From a virus: DNA of 29,211 bases. The notes below the pieces were generated by a model. It did no database searches. It was not told the origin of the DNA and worked only from the letters and a program-made list of their open reading frames with translations. A program made the translations under genes and the position numbers. The DNA lies in the IMG/VR virus record IMGVR_UViG_3300042806_000219, positions 1 through 29,211 of that record; one strand, written 5' to 3'. Position 1 is the first letter of the stretch. Each line of letters starts with the position of its first letter. Of the stretch, positions 1 to 5,843 are shown piece after piece.

Positions 1-90
1 CAGGGTGGCTGACGATTTATGGGAAAGGGTGAACGATGACAATACAGTTGCATGAAATAACACCAACACTGATTGAGCAGTTGTTGGAGC
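1..90. repeat. Left copy of a 90-bp exact direct terminal repeat (identical to 29122-29211); circular-assembly overlap or terminal redundancy
   Basis: Bases 1-90 (cagggtggctgacgattta...gttgttggagc) recur letter for letter at 29122-29211. The exonuclease ORF ending at 29176 corresponds to position 55, and the ATG at 36 corresponds to 29157. Confidence 0.95.
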
Positions 91-326
91 AGTCTGAGGA
101 GGATCGTCTTAGGGCGTTGACTCGTTCGGAGGTGCAAACTTTGTCGGCACAGTGGAAGCGGGCAAAGCGTGAGGCTACGGAATTGTTGACGTGTTGCAAG
201 ATGCGTGCGAAACGGTTGGATGGTCTTGGTGTGGATCATGAGGCGATTGCGGAAATGTTTGAGGTTCCGGTGAAGACTGTCGGGGCTTGGGTTCGGTCTG
301 GTGTGACTGTGATTGCGAAAGGGTGA
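36..326 (+). CDS. Small early protein with a C-terminal helix-turn-helix-like segment
   Basis: 96-aa ORF. The ATG overlaps the end of the exonuclease gene across the junction. C-terminus VDHEAIAEMFEVPVKTVGAWVRSG looks like an HTH. Next gene starts 3 nt after its stop. Confidence 0.7.
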   Translation: MTIQLHEITPTLIEQLLEQSEEDRLRALTRSEVQTLSAQWKRAKREATELLTCCKMRAKRLDGLGVDHEAIAEMFEVPVKTVGAWVRSGVTVIAKG

Positions 327-329
327 GTG

Positions 330-476
330 ATGACTGAAGTTGTGGTGACAGTGGAGCTCGAGGCGGAAGTGTATGTTCGGCTTTTGAACGCTGCGAATGA
401 GGTGGGTGTCCCGGTGTCTGAGTATGCCGAGGCTTTGATTGCTAACTATTTGGAGGAGAATTATGGCGAGGTTTGA
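330..476 (+). CDS. 48-aa protein, possibly ribbon-helix-helix (CopG/Arc-like)
   Basis: Below the track cutoff. ATG 330, TGA 474-476, overlapping the next start (ATG 463). Translation MTEVVVTVELEAEVYVRLLNAANEVGVPVSEYAEALIANYLEENYGEV has a short beta-strand followed by two helices. Confidence 0.5.
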   Translation: MTEVVVTVELEAEVYVRLLNAANEVGVPVSEYAEALIANYLEENYGEV

Positions 477-1008
477 TTTATCCCAGTATTCGACTGTGGC
501 GGAGCGTATTGATGCGTTCTGGGCTAAGTATCCTGACGGCAGGTTGCACACTGAGCTGGTGCATTTCTCACCGGAGCAGGTTGTCATCAGGGCTGAGGTG
601 TATCTGGATCGTAAGGATGAGCGCCCGGTTACAGTGGATTACGCGGAGGAACGTATTGACAGCTCCCCGGTGAACCGTGTCAGCATGGTCGAAAATTGCG
701 CTACCAGTGCCATAGGTAGAGCGCTCGCAGACTTAGGTGGGGCGTTCACCGGGTCTAAGCGGCCTAGCGCGGAGGAGATGCAGAAGGTTGCACGTCACGA
801 AGGGTCACAGAAATCGCGTGACTGGTTGACTGAAGCAATGAGCCTCACCGATGTTGACTTGTTGCGTATGCTATGGGCAGAAGCACAGCAGGCTGGGGCG
901 AACCCGGATGTGTTAGCGAAGGTGAAAGCTCATGCAGAGTCAATCGGTTCTGGCGGCCTCGGTGAGGGAACTGTTGCAGGCGTATCAGGAAAGCCTGGAA
1001 AACGGTGA
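463..1008 (+). CDS. Conserved-looking early protein; candidate ssDNA-annealing/recombination partner of the YqaJ-like exonuclease (function unproven)
   Basis: Track ORF 439-1008 trimmed to ATG 463 (MARFDLSQYSTVAERIDAFWAKYPDG...). Motif VENCATSAIGRALADLGG. The recombination role is inferred only from its position 3 genes downstream of the exonuclease. Confidence 0.6.
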   Translation: MARFDLSQYSTVAERIDAFWAKYPDGRLHTELVHFSPEQVVIRAEVYLDRKDERPVTVDYAEERIDSSPVNRVSMVENCATSAIGRALADLGGAFTGSKRPSAEEMQKVARHEGSQKSRDWLTEAMSLTDVDLLRMLWAEAQQAGANPDVLAKVKAHAESIGSGGLGEGTVAGVSGKPGKR

Positions 1009-1061
1009 CCCTGATGTGGATGTGTTTCGGGTGGCTCTCATTGAAAGGTTGGTGATGGTTT

Positions 1062-1388
1062 GTGATTCAATCGGAGATCGTCAAAGAACTGTACGAGCTA
1101 ACGCAGGAGAACCGGAAGGGGATTGAGTTTTACGCGGAGGCTATGGATCGGCTTGCCCGGTGTGAGAACACGTTGGACACGGTTGAGGCTCACGCGTTTA
1201 TTGCAGCGGAGGGGCCGGTTGTGGAACGTCAGGCACGGGCGAAACTGGCTTCGGCTGATGCACGCCTGGAACGGGATTTGGCGAAGGCTCAGGTGGAGCG
1301 TGTTCGAGCTAAGTTGCGGATGATTGAGTCCTCGATTATGGCGCAGGCTACTGCTGCGAAGATGGTGCAGGCGGAGATGAAACTGTGA
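1062..1388 (+). CDS. Hypothetical coiled-coil protein
   Basis: 108-aa ORF. GTG 1062 is the first start after the in-frame stop at 1053-1055. Helical, charged sequence. Its stop overlaps the next GTG (GTGA). Confidence 0.7.
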   Translation: MIQSEIVKELYELTQENRKGIEFYAEAMDRLARCENTLDTVEAHAFIAAEGPVVERQARAKLASADARLERDLAKAQVERVRAKLRMIESSIMAQATAAKMVQAEMKL

Positions 1389-1468
1389 CGAGGGTGTGGT
1401 CTGACCGTTGTGATGATTGTGGTGGGGGTTGGTTCCCTGATGGTTGTCGCTGTAAGGAGGAGTCGTGA
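1385..1468 (+). CDS. 27-aa Cys-rich micro-ORF (VTRVWSDRCDDCGGGWFPDGCRCKEES)
   Basis: GTG 1385 overlaps the previous stop (GTGA). Its own stop overlaps the next GTG. Five Cys residues, including a CDDC pair and a CRC pair. Below the track cutoff. Confidence 0.4.
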   Translation: MTRVWSDRCDDCGGGWFPDGCRCKEES

Positions 1469-1620
1469 GGGCTTGGGTTGTGGTTGTGAAGGAAGTGGAT
1501 GGCGGCTTTGAGGGTGACATTGAGAACCTGGGTGGGGCGTTTGGTGCAACCATGTTTGAGTTGATGGATCGTTTGCGGTGGATGATGGTGGAGTCTGAGG
1601 AGAACGGGCGGCAACTGTGA
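1465..1620 (+). CDS. 51-aa hypothetical protein
   Basis: GTG 1465 and TGA 1618-1620, both in GTGA overlaps with neighbours. Translation VRAWVVVVKEVDGGFEGDIENLGGAFGATMFELMDRLRWMMVESEENGRQL looks protein-like. Confidence 0.5.
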   Translation: MRAWVVVVKEVDGGFEGDIENLGGAFGATMFELMDRLRWMMVESEENGRQL

Positions 1621-1712
1621 GCCTGGTGTTGGATGACGGGATGTCTGAGGAGGAGTTTATGGCGTGGTTGGCGAGTTTGGACACGTCTGAGGATGTTGGG
1701 GAGCAGGGTTAG
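1617..1712 (+). CDS. 31-aa acidic hypothetical protein
   Basis: GTG 1617 in a GTGA overlap, TAG 1710-1712. Translation VSLVLDDGMSEEEFMAWLASLDTSEDVGEQG. Last gene of the + strand early block. Confidence 0.45.
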   Translation: MSLVLDDGMSEEEFMAWLASLDTSEDVGEQG

Positions 1713-1749
1713 GCTGTTATGCTTGTGGTGAGTGCTGAGTCAGTTTTTG

Positions 1750-1779
1750 CTGGGGCAGGTGCTTACCCGCAGTATTTTT
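1750..1779 (+). terminator. Possible intrinsic terminator ending the early + strand operon
   Basis: CTGGGG (1750-1755) pairs with CCCGCAG (1766-1772) with one bulge, followed by TATTTTT (1773-1779). Confidence 0.35.
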
Positions 1780-2110
1780 GGATACCGCAATGCCGAACCC
1801 CTCTGGGTGTCTAACTCTCGAAAGATGTAGTTAGGTGTTCAGGGGGGTTACGTGCTTCTACGCTCCCGTTTCATCAGGTTATACGCTACCGAAATATCAG
1901 TGTCCCTTATCCTGGTGAAATCTGCGTTATTGCACACATTAGGGAACTTTCATTGGGTTAGATCGTGTGAATCGGGCTGATTGTGTGTGAGCGCACAGAA
2001 TGTCGGCGTACTCAGTCACGTTCGTGTTTGTCGGCGTATGCCGTAACCCCGGTGACGTGCTTGCGCAGAGGCCATCCGGGGTCTTCGGGTGCAAGGTTAG
2101 CATGGGCAAC

Positions 2111-2134
2111 AGAAAAGCCCCTCCGTAGAGGGGC
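2111..2134 (-). terminator. Intrinsic terminator of the minus-strand small ORF
   Basis: GCCCCTC (2117-2123) / GAGGGGC (2128-2134), 7-bp stem with CGTA loop. On the minus strand it is followed by TTTTCTGTT. It lies 18 nt beyond the ORF stop at 2152. Confidence 0.75.
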
Positions 2135-2151
2135 CTTCCTGAGTATGTGGG

Positions 2152-2442
2152 TTAGCGCTGTGCGAATAAGCGCTCGTACTCCGAGTTGATTTCTGCAATC
2201 TCTGGGTTCTCGTTGCGGAGATATTCCCAAATGATTGAATCGTGGAAGTCAATCAACCCGGCTGTGTCGTTGATCCGAACGCTTGCCCGAACGACCTGCT
2301 CGCCAATCATGTTCGTTACGGTTTCAACGCTGCGGATGACAGCGATGCGAGAGCTTCTCTTAGATACGTGGCGAAACTTGATTACATCGCCGTGGACTAG
2401 TTGGTTGGCGTTCATGGTTTCCCTTTCTTCGGTGTTGCTCAT
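2152..2442 (-). CDS. Hypothetical protein (96 aa from ATG 2442; 87 aa if ATG 2415 is used)
   Basis: Track ORF 2152-2472 trimmed. ATG 2442 lies 7 nt downstream of a -10-like TACACT, which fits a leaderless start. ATG 2415 is preceded by GAAAGGGA, an SD-like sequence. I recognise no family motif. Confidence 0.7.
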   Translation of the reverse strand: MSNTEERETMNANQLVHGDVIKFRHVSKRSSRIAVIRSVETVTNMIGEQVVRASVRINDTAGLIDFHDSIIWEYLRNENPEIAEINSEYERLFAQR

Positions 2443-2448
2443 GACTCT

Positions 2449-2477
2449 AGTGTATAGGACTAGACACGCCATGTCAA
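2449..2477 (-). promoter_or_regulatory. Sigma-70-type promoter for the minus-strand ORF, overlapped by an inverted repeat
   Basis: Minus strand reads TTGACA (2477-2472), a 17-nt spacer, then TACACT (2454-2449). The inverted repeat TCTAGT/ACTAGA (2446-2451 / 2458-2463) overlaps the -10. Confidence 0.6.
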
Positions 2478-2537
2478 ACTAATCCGCAAACTATTTTTCT
2501 GACGATTTGCACGGTTCAAACCCGACCAAATGTCTAG

Positions 2538-2622
2538 TGGAGCAGCGGGGAATCGAACCCCGGTGTTGACCGAATCGCTTGCGCGGGTTCTCGGTCAATC
2601 GAATCCATCCTGCCCCAGCTCC
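2538..2622 (-). ncRNA. 85-nt tRNA-like RNA resembling an isolated tmRNA tRNA-like domain (no anticodon arm, no tag-coding module)
   Basis: Minus strand reads GGAGCUG GGGCA GGAU GGAUUCGA UUGACCGA GAACC CGC GCAA GCG AU UCGGUCAA CAC CGGGG UUCGAUU CCCCG CUGCUCC A. There is a 7-position acceptor helix (one U-U mismatch), a canonical T-arm (5 bp plus UUCGAUU loop) and a GGAUUCGA element like the tmRNA D-loop analogue. An 8-bp plus 3-bp helix capped by a GCAA tetraloop sits where the anticodon arm or tmRNA body would be. Confidence 0.6.
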
Positions 2623-2623
2623 A

Positions 2624-2652
2624 AGTATAAGCGCATACTATTTGCAGGTCAC
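2624..2652 (-). promoter_or_regulatory. Candidate promoter for the tRNA-like RNA
   Basis: Minus strand upstream of the RNA reads GTGACC (2652-2647), 17 nt, TATACT (2629-2624). An alternative -10, TAGTAT (2640-2635), would leave a short leader for RNase P. The geometry relative to the RNA 5' end is uncertain. Confidence 0.3.
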
Positions 2653-2716
2653 TTCGGCTTTCCGTTGCGGATGCGAGCCCGTTCCTGCGTGACTTCGGGT
2701 GACATAAACTGGGGGC

Positions 2717-3058
2717 ATGGCCTTGTCGTTGAAAATCCGCAAACTCATCGAGGCTCGTGACGATCACTGCTACCACTGTGGGCAGACGGAAGAATTGCAA
2801 ATTCATCACAGACGGAATAAAGGCATCGGTGGATCTAAGCTTCTGGACACTCCCGATAATCTGATGCGGGTTTGTGCAGCCTGGAATTATGGGATGGAGG
2901 CTGACCCGAGAATTGCGAATCAGGCTCGGGCGTGGAATCATAAGCTGCCGTTGTGGGAGAGGGAGAATTTGCCGGTGTTTGACCGGGCTGGGGGTTGGTG
3001 GTATCTTCAGCCTGATGGCAGTAAGGAACGCTCAGACTGGAAAGACGCAGCGTTCTAG
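2717..3058 (+). CDS. HNH endonuclease
   Basis: 113 aa. CYHCG...LQIHHRRNKG...MRVCAAWN matches the Cys pair, HH and N of the HNH motif. Confidence 0.8.
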   Translation: MALSLKIRKLIEARDDHCYHCGQTEELQIHHRRNKGIGGSKLLDTPDNLMRVCAAWNYGMEADPRIANQARAWNHKLPLWERENLPVFDRAGGWWYLQPDGSKERSDWKDAAF

Positions 3059-3166
3059 GCGGTACAATAGAGTGAGGGCCGAAGCTTAACACTCCGACCC
3101 TCACAGAAAAACCGATGATAACGGCATCGGCTTAGATTCCAGTCTAGCCGATAGAAAAGGCTAAAC

Positions 3167-3943
3167 ATGGAACAATCAATCAGGCTAGAGCGCCGGTTCG
3201 CAATCATTGACGAATGGCTCCTCGACTTAGACATCTCTGACCGGGCTGTGAGGCTGTACGCGGTGCTCGCTCGCTATGCGGATAGTGAAACGCATAAGGC
3301 TTACCCTTCACGCGGCACTCTGGCTGAGCGCCTACATTGCTCGAAGGCTTCCGTAGATCGCGCTGCGCAAGAGCTCGTTGATGCTGGGGCTATGACCAAG
3401 CAACAGCGACACAACAGTTCGGTCATTTATACGCTCCAAGTGTCCTCACCACTGCATAGGGGGGTAGTCACGGGTGATGAGGGGGGGTCTGCACCGGTGA
3501 TGACGGGGGTACTCACGGGTGATGACCTAACTAGAACCACTGAACTAGAACCACAAGAACGAAAACCACTTAACTCTGCGATAGAACAATTTTGGGCAAT
3601 CTATCCTCGAAAGACAGCTAAAGGCAGAGTCCCTGACGCTCTACGAAAAGCGCTTAAGAAGGCAACGATTGAGGAAATCGTGGCTGGTGCTGAACGGTAC
3701 CGTGACGATCCAAACCGTGAGGATGCGTTCACTCAGTATCCTGCGACCTGGTTGAACGCCGAAGGTTGGGAGGATGATCCGTTGCCATTGAGGGTGACGA
3801 TGGGTGTGCGTAAGTTGACGAACGCGGAGCAGGGTGCTTTGCTTGTCAGAAAGTTTGAGGCTGAGGAGGCTGCGGAGAAGCTCCGGCCGAAGGAAATAGA
3901 TTTCGATTATGGGTCAATGATGAAAGGGATAGAAGATGAATAA
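3167..3943 (+). CDS. Replication initiator / replisome-organizer-like protein (N-terminal winged helix)
   Basis: 258 aa. The N-terminus (DRAVRLYAVLARYADSETHKAYPSRGTLAERLHCSKASVDRAAQELVDAG) looks like a winged-helix domain. The C-terminal FWAIYPRK...YPATWLNAEGWEDDP motif is typical of phage/plasmid replication proteins. DNA iterons are embedded mid-gene. AAAGG lies 6 nt before the ATG. Confidence 0.6.
   Translation: MEQSIRLERRFAIIDEWLLDLDISDRAVRLYAVLARYADSETHKAYPSRGTLAERLHCSKASVDRAAQELVDAGAMTKQQRHNSSVIYTLQVSSPLHRGVVTGDEGGSAPVMTGVLTGDDLTRTTELEPQERKPLNSAIEQFWAIYPRKTAKGRVPDALRKALKKATIEEIVAGAERYRDDPNREDAFTQYPATWLNAEGWEDDPLPLRVTMGVRKLTNAEQGALLVRKFEAEEAAEKLRPKEIDFDYGSMMKGIEDE
3459..3525. repeat. 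Three tandem ~22-bp iterons (G-run followed by CAC[G/C]GGTGATGA); candidate origin of replication
   Basis: The CACSGGTGATGA cores are at 3469-3480, 3492-3503 and 3514-3525, each preceded by 5-7 G. The middle copy is translated in a different frame (APVMT) from the outer copies (VTGDE / LTGDD). Conservation is therefore at the DNA level, not the protein level. Confidence 0.6.
3529..3554. repeat. Two copies of AACTAGAACCAC with a 14-bp period, next to the iterons
   Basis: Copies at 3529-3540 and 3543-3554, read in different frames (TRTT versus LEP). A degenerate AAACCAC follows at about 3563. Confidence 0.5.
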
Positions 3944-4364
3944 AGCTGAGATGACTAAGGTGTTGTCGTTTTGTGCAGCGTTGGATGGTCAGCAGGTTAC
4001 TGAGGCGAAAGTGTTGATGTGGTTGCAAGTGTTGGATGGGGCTTCTTATGAGGAGGTTCAGACGGCGATTGTGCCGGCGTACACAGTTTCGTTGAATGGG
4101 ATTGTGACGGCTCGAGGCTTGTTGGATGTGTTGCACGCGAAGGCGCAACCCGCGAGGCCGGTCATGTATATGGAGGGTGAGGCTGACTTGGATGAAGCAG
4201 GTTGGCGTTCTGATCCACAGCCGGTGTGTGAGGAGCATGGGTTGCACATTTTGCGGTGTGATGATTGTTGCAAGTTGTTGCATTATCAGGCTGGTTGGAT
4301 GGATGCGGATGCTCGGCATTCGTGGGCGATGGCTAATCTGTATCAGGCTAAGGAGTTGTGGTGA
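3936..4364 (+). CDS. Hypothetical protein (follows the initiator; C-terminal Cys/His cluster)
   Basis: 142 aa. The ATG overlaps the previous stop by 8 nt. Contains CEEHGLHILRCDDCC. No family recognised. Confidence 0.7.
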   Translation: MNKAEMTKVLSFCAALDGQQVTEAKVLMWLQVLDGASYEEVQTAIVPAYTVSLNGIVTARGLLDVLHAKAQPARPVMYMEGEADLDEAGWRSDPQPVCEEHGLHILRCDDCCKLLHYQAGWMDADARHSWAMANLYQAKELW

Positions 4365-4567
4365 GCGCGTTGAGGGGTGACGAGGTTTGTGACGAGTTCG
4401 AGTGGTTGGTTGCGAACGGGATGAGCGCTCCAATGGCTGCGGAAACGTTGGGCCGGAATGTTGCGGCCATGTCACGGATGTTGTATCGCTATGGGCGAAC
4501 AGAGCATATTGCGGAGTTGGAGAAGTTTCGTAGGTTCGAGGCGAACATGGTGGGGAAGAAACTGTGA
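4361..4567 (+). CDS. Small hypothetical protein, possible HTH
   Basis: GTG 4361 lies 5 nt after AAGGAG (4350-4355) and overlaps the previous stop (GTGA). The segment MSAPMAAETLGRNVAAMSRMLYRYG looks like an HTH. Confidence 0.65.
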   Translation: MSALRGDEVCDEFEWLVANGMSAPMAAETLGRNVAAMSRMLYRYGRTEHIAELEKFRRFEANMVGKKL

Positions 4568-4875
4568 GCCTTTACAGTGACAATTTGTGGGCTGATGCTC
4601 ATGGGATTGACCTTGACGAGTTGCATCGGGAGCACCCGTTACACCCAGACCAGCTCCGGTTGCGAAGGATTATTACGAGGCGTGCGACAGCGTATTGGGC
4701 TCGGGAGCGTTTCCTTGCACGTTTGGGTGATGGTGGTGTGGGTTCTATCCTTGACACACCTGTGCCGGCCCCGGTGGAAATTCCGGTGAAAAAGGCTAGA
4801 GTGAAACGTTATGAGTTCACTGATGCACAAATGCAGATTGCGTTTAGGTCTTTAGATGCCGGTGGTGCAGTGTGA
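4564..4875 (+). CDS. Hypothetical protein
   Basis: 103 aa, GTG start in a GTGA overlap with the upstream gene. Confidence 0.65.
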   Translation: MSLYSDNLWADAHGIDLDELHREHPLHPDQLRLRRIITRRATAYWARERFLARLGDGGVGSILDTPVPAPVEIPVKKARVKRYEFTDAQMQIAFRSLDAGGAV

Positions 4876-5125
4876 GCGTTGCGGTTATGAGTGGAGTGTT
4901 TCCTCGAGGCGGGGGAAGCTCATTCTGTGTGCGAGCTGTCGGGCGCGTAGGGTTCAGACGATCTCTGCCACCGAGGGCAAGTGTTTCCCGTGGGGCGGTA
5001 GGTTCGCTGCGGATGAAATCACACCGTTGGATGACGATGGGAAACCTATGTTCCCGGGTGTCAGAAGTTGCGGCAATAATGACTGTGTCAATGTGGCGCA
5101 CGTTATCGGATATGAGAAGGGGTAG
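4856..5125 (+). CDS. Zinc-ribbon protein
   Basis: 89 aa with CERCG...CASC and a further CGNNDC. ATG 4856 overlaps the upstream gene by 20 nt. Confidence 0.6.
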   Translation: MPVVQCERCGYEWSVSSRRGKLILCASCRARRVQTISATEGKCFPWGGRFAADEITPLDDDGKPMFPGVRSCGNNDCVNVAHVIGYEKG

Positions 5126-5128
5126 ATC

Positions 5129-5521
5129 GTGATTAAGAATGAGGCTCGGATTGAGTTGACTGGTTGGTTGAACAATGTGGCGGACTTCGATTGGGGGAGA
5201 GCCCTGAAGGTGTCGGTGGATGTTCGCAAACAGAACCATCAGGGTGAGTGGGAAACAGTGGACAAAACCACCTATGACGTGACCACAGACAATCGGGCAC
5301 CGTTGGAGGGTGTGAAACAGGTTGTGGTGTCGGGTCGTATCACTGGCACTAACACGTTCCAGAAGCGTGACGGGACTCCTGGGTTTAGCATCAAGGTGCG
5401 CGCTGATTCTGTGGCACCTGCGGAGAATCAGGTTGTGTCGGACAAAGTAAATCATGCTGCGGTGAACGCGGTGTGGCCGACTGTAACGCCTGGCGTTATA
5501 TCCGAGGAAGCACCCTTCTAA
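5129..5521 (+). CDS. ssb: Single-stranded DNA-binding protein
   Basis: 130 aa with an OB-fold-like pattern (IELTGWL...VVVSGRITGTNTFQKRDGTPGFSIKV) and an acidic C-terminal tip, EEAPF, like the SSB D-D-[IL]-P-F tail. Confidence 0.7.
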   Translation: MIKNEARIELTGWLNNVADFDWGRALKVSVDVRKQNHQGEWETVDKTTYDVTTDNRAPLEGVKQVVVSGRITGTNTFQKRDGTPGFSIKVRADSVAPAENQVVSDKVNHAAVNAVWPTVTPGVISEEAPF

Positions 5522-5661
5522 TGTCTGAGCGTATGCGGAAGATTCTTGAGGCTGGTGAGGACAACCGGCAGGCTGACATTGAGCTTGGTCGACAATTGGA
5601 GCGTGACCGGATTCTTGTCTTGTTGCAGTCGTTGATTAGCCTGATTGGGAAGGGCAACTGA
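5521..5661 (+). CDS. 46-aa hypothetical protein
   Basis: ATG 5521 in a TAATG overlap with the ssb stop. Translation MSERMRKILEAGEDNRQADIELGRQLERDRILVLLQSLISLIGKGN. The longer track ORF 5473-5661 overlaps ssb. Confidence 0.55.
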   Translation: MSERMRKILEAGEDNRQADIELGRQLERDRILVLLQSLISLIGKGN

Positions 5662-5843
5662 TGGAATACTTTGGGCGAATCCTCGCATTTTCGATGGGGT
5701 TGAACTTCTTCCTGCTGGCCTACCAGGTGGATAATGTGACGGGCGTGTTCGGATGGATTTTCGGTGCCCTTCTCTGCCTGGCCGTGTTGATGTCGTTTAT
5801 ATCTCCTAAGCGATATTCTGGGAGGCGTGGAACTAACCTTTGA
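5661..5843 (+). CDS. Small membrane protein (2 predicted TM helices)
   Basis: 60 aa, ATGA overlap with the previous stop. Hydrophobic stretches ILAFSMGLNFFLLAY and VFGWIFGALLCLAVLMSFI. Confidence 0.6.
   Translation: MEYFGRILAFSMGLNFFLLAYQVDNVTGVFGWIFGALLCLAVLMSFISPKRYSGRRGTNL

Noticed and set aside
932-1126. 64-aa + strand ORF overlapping the end of 463-1008 and the start of 1062-1388
   Set aside because: It is out of frame with two better-supported genes and adds no unique coding space.
1098-1684. Three long minus-strand ORFs (151, 131 and 88 aa) rich in Pro/Thr/His/Ser
   Set aside because: They are antisense to a + strand with a G+T-rich codon pattern, which is naturally poor in stops on the complement. 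Their translations are low-complexity (for example PPPQSSQRSD). The + strand offers coupled GTGA-linked genes instead.
1719-1814. 31-codon ATG ORF (MLVVSAESVFAGAGAYPQYFWIPQCRTPLGV) at the start of the ORF-free region
   Set aside because: It has no RBS and is not coupled to the upstream chain. A terminator-like hairpin with a T-run (1750-1779) lies inside it. I keep it only as a remote possibility.
1983-2230. Track ORFs 1983-2189 (+) and 2012-2230 (-)
   Set aside because: Both run straight through the 2117-2134 terminator hairpin and into the 2152-2442 gene. Their translations are Arg/Cys/Ser-rich and not protein-like.
2538-2622. Interpretation as an ordinary tRNA gene, or as a tRNA/tmRNA-derived attP core
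   Set aside because: For an ordinary tRNA: I can draw no D-stem and no 5-bp stem with a 7-nt anticodon loop. For an attP core: attP cores normally carry only the 3' part of the target gene, whereas both acceptor strands are present here. The closed genome also has no integrase. A covariance-model scan is still needed.
2534-2941. 135-aa minus-strand ORF covering the tRNA-like RNA and the HNH gene
   Set aside because: It overlaps a clear HNH endonuclease on the + strand and the structured RNA. It has no RBS or motif support.
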